From Neodothiora populina (taxonomy: Eukaryota), in contig NW_027191405.1 in assembly GCF_041146345.1 (NCBI RefSeq), positions 310,001-374,000 on the forward strand: a stretch of DNA of 64,000 nucleotides, read 5' to 3'. Below the pieces are notes generated by a model that worked only from the letters and a program-made list of their open reading frames with translations, did no database searches and was not told the DNA's origin. The position numbers and the translations under genes were made by a program. Positions 61,383-64,000 of this stretch are shown here, one piece after another. How positions within the stretch are numbered: the first letter of the stretch is position 1; every line of letters starts with the position of its first letter.

Positions 61383-63048
61383 ATGGCAAGCAAGGCACTA
61401 GCATCCGCTTCTGACTTCATTGACTTTGTCAATGCTTCTCCTACTCGTATGCAAATATGCAAAGGCAACGCGATGTCATGAGACTGACGTGTTGATGTAG
61501 CCTTCCACGCTGTTGCTGAGGCGAAGAAACGCCTAGAGAAAGCTGGGTACAAGCAGATCAAGGTAGAAGCAATATCAACGAGGCCACGTGCTGTGGACGG
61601 TGTGAAGGTACTAATGTGAGTTTCAGGAGCGCGACTCCTGGTCATCTACAGTGGTGCCTGGTGGCAAATACTACATCACTCGAAATGCATCAACCATTGT
61701 CGCGTTTGCAGTAGGCCAAAATTGGACACCCGGAAACCCTATTGCCATGGTCGGCGCTCACACAGACTCCTGCTGCTTGAGGCTCAAGCCAGTATCGAAG
61801 AGACAGTCGGATGGCTTCCTACAGGTTGGTGTGGAGTGCTATGGCGGCGGCATGTGGCACACCTGGTTCGACCGTGATCTCGGTATTGCTGGAAGAGTCA
61901 TGGTCAAGAGACCCGATGGAGGCATGGAGATGAAGCTCGTGCATGTGGACAGACCCATCTGTCGAGTCCCCAACTTGGCTGTCCATTTCGGCGGTTCTGT
62001 ACCATTTGAATTCAATAAAGAGGCGCAGCTTTATCCAATCGCTGGCCTGGTCGAGGCAGAGCTCAACAGGCAAGGCAAGACAGCAGAAGACGTCAAGAAA
62101 GAGAAGGACGAGACGTCAACCGAGGATGAGTTCAACCCCTTGAAGACACCACTCCAGCGACACCATTCATACATCGTCGAAATCATTGCAGATGAGGCCG
62201 GCGTCAAGCCAGAGGAGGTGCTCGATTTTGAACTGTCGCTATACGATGTACAAAAGGGAACACTTGGAGGTCTCAACAATGAGCTCATCTACTCTGCTCG
62301 TTTGGACAACCTGGGCATGACTTATTGCGCCGTTGAGGGTCTCATCAAGTCCACCGGAGATGACGGCAAGCCTCTGACCGATGAGAACACAATTCGCTTG
62401 ATCGCTTGCTTTGACCACGAGGAAATTGGCAGTACTTCCGCCCAGGGTGCTGACAGCAACATCATGCCTTCGATCCTGCATCGTCTATGCTCTCTGTCTT
62501 TCACCAACGAAGCCGAGAGCGACAAGTCCTACGACCGAGCGGATCAGCCAACGAGAAGAGAGTCGGACAGCAGCACAGTCTACGAACAGTCGCTTGCTGG
62601 CAGTTTTCTCATTAGTGCAGACATGGCTCACAGCGTGAACCCCAACTACAGTGGCAAGTACGAGGCCGAACACAAGCCACAGATGAACAAAGGAACCGTC
62701 ATCAAGATCAACGCCAACGTGAGGTATGCGACCAACTCGCCTGGAATTGTCTTGATCCAAGAGGTTGCGAAACGGGCGAAGAAGAGCAGTGGTGATCTGA
62801 GGAAGAGCGGCTCTGGCGTGCCCTTGCAACTTTTCGTTGTCAAGAACGACTCACCTTGTGGCAGCACGATTGGACCAATGCTGTCAGCGAACACGGGAGT
62901 CAGGACTCTGGATTTGGGCAACGCTCAGCTAAGCATGCACAGCATTCGTGAGACGGGTGGTGCATATGATGTCGAGTATGCAGTCAACCTCTTTGACAGC
63001 TTCTTCGAGCATTACGGCGAGCTTGAAGGCAAGATATATGTTGACTGA
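61383..63048 (+). CDS. APE4: Aspartyl aminopeptidase (peptidase M18, Ape4/DNPEP); 2 introns; possible upstream in-frame ATG 61257
   Basis: FVNASPTP|FHAV, TRNASTIVAF, GAHTDS, TWFDRDL, ARLDNL, FDHEEIGS, SADMAH, CGSTIGP, LSMHSIRE. Confidence 0.95.
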
Positions 63049-64000
63049 GCAGCCAGCGTAGAACGATAAGAGTGTGCATACTATAGCTACCTTACCTTGA
63101 GCAATACTGCAAATGACAATGACGAATGCATCGAATCATGTTTCTGACTGGGGGAGTAAGAGGTCAGAGCGCTGGTGCTGGTGCTGGTGCGTAATATGGG
63201 GTTCGGCGCTAGTTCGAACCCTGTGTAGAGTAAGGCTCCGCCAATCGATCCACCTTGATGCGCGACCTCTGGTGCGGTGAAGATGTCTCGACGCGTCGCG
63301 CTGGTAGTGCGTGAAGTGAACAGAGATCAATGGACGCGATTTGATCTAGTAAGAGTCTTGTTTGAGTTGTGGAAAAGGCAATAGGTCAACATGGGCAGAT
63401 GTGAGTGGTTTGAGCTGGCGGTCAGCACATGAGAAGAGCGTGGGTCATGAGAAAGGCAGGTACGAAGAAAGTGACTGCATGTGCTGCTACATTCCTTCCC
63501 AGATCTCCATCTCTTCATGCTTCTTGCGAAGCACACACACTTATCTCTACTATCAAAGTATATCACCGCACTGTCCCCCTTCTGCATCAAGCGGTGTATA
63601 TACAACCTGGTATAGCCGCTATATTGAGAGGCTTGAAAGGTTTCGCCAAGGGGCCGTGTATGGAGCGGACCACCGACGCAAGTGCAAGGTCCAGGATTAG
63701 CAGATCCAAGGGTCTCTTTCCCTTGCCCTGGAATCTGTGATCAAACTCCGGACTCGTCATTCTTTCTTATTGCTTCTTCTCGAGAGTAATCAAGGTATAC
63801 AGTAGATCAAAGTAAACAATACATTCGCTTCATCTCTATCGGAAGCGGTTTTCCTTTGAGATGCAACAGAAGAGGTGTTATTTCTGGCTGGTCTAACGAG
63901 GACAAGAAAGACAAACGGCGCGTGTTTACCTTGTCTTTTCCCCTCACACTTACACTCCGGTCACTCTCTGCTGCTCCTGTGCCTGTCCGGGGAGGCAGAC

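Noticed and set aside
63198..63225. GGGTTCG..CGAACCC hairpin with T-loop/B-box-like GTTCGAA
   Set aside because: No cloverleaf, acceptor stem or A box; not a tRNA
63136..64000. Short ORFs at the window end
   Set aside because: No convincing coding signal or motif within the window

Overview
Eukaryotic, intron-containing DNA from a filamentous ascomycete (Pezizomycotina, probably a Dothideomycete; short 50-80 nt introns with CTRAY branch sites). About 22 protein-coding genes are supported. Conserved housekeeping genes: HUS1, MSO1-like, a DUF2011-like protein, a SLY41-like TPT transporter, a PUF protein, SEY1, VPS5/SNX1 and an M18 aspartyl aminopeptidase. Accessory genes: GH3 beta-glucosidase, an F-box-like orphan, an APC permease, a flavin monooxygenase, a divergent RTA1 + Zn2Cys6 pair and an S9-like hydrolase. 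There is also an acid sphingomyelinase pseudogene with a frameshift and a premature stop, and a frameshifted low-complexity ORF pair around a (GAA)30 tract. The most notable region is a ~19 kb accessory block between VPS5 and the aminopeptidase. It holds a small Cys-rich secreted protein, two tandem class II (AA2) heme peroxidases, and a candidate catabolic cluster (C2H2/fungal TF, Dal5-type MFS transporter, HpcH/HpaI aldolase, 2OG-Fe(II) dioxygenase) interrupted by a Ty1/copia RT-RNase H relic. No rRNA, tRNA or CRISPR found. Exon boundaries were read by eye and family calls come from motif recognition, not database searches.
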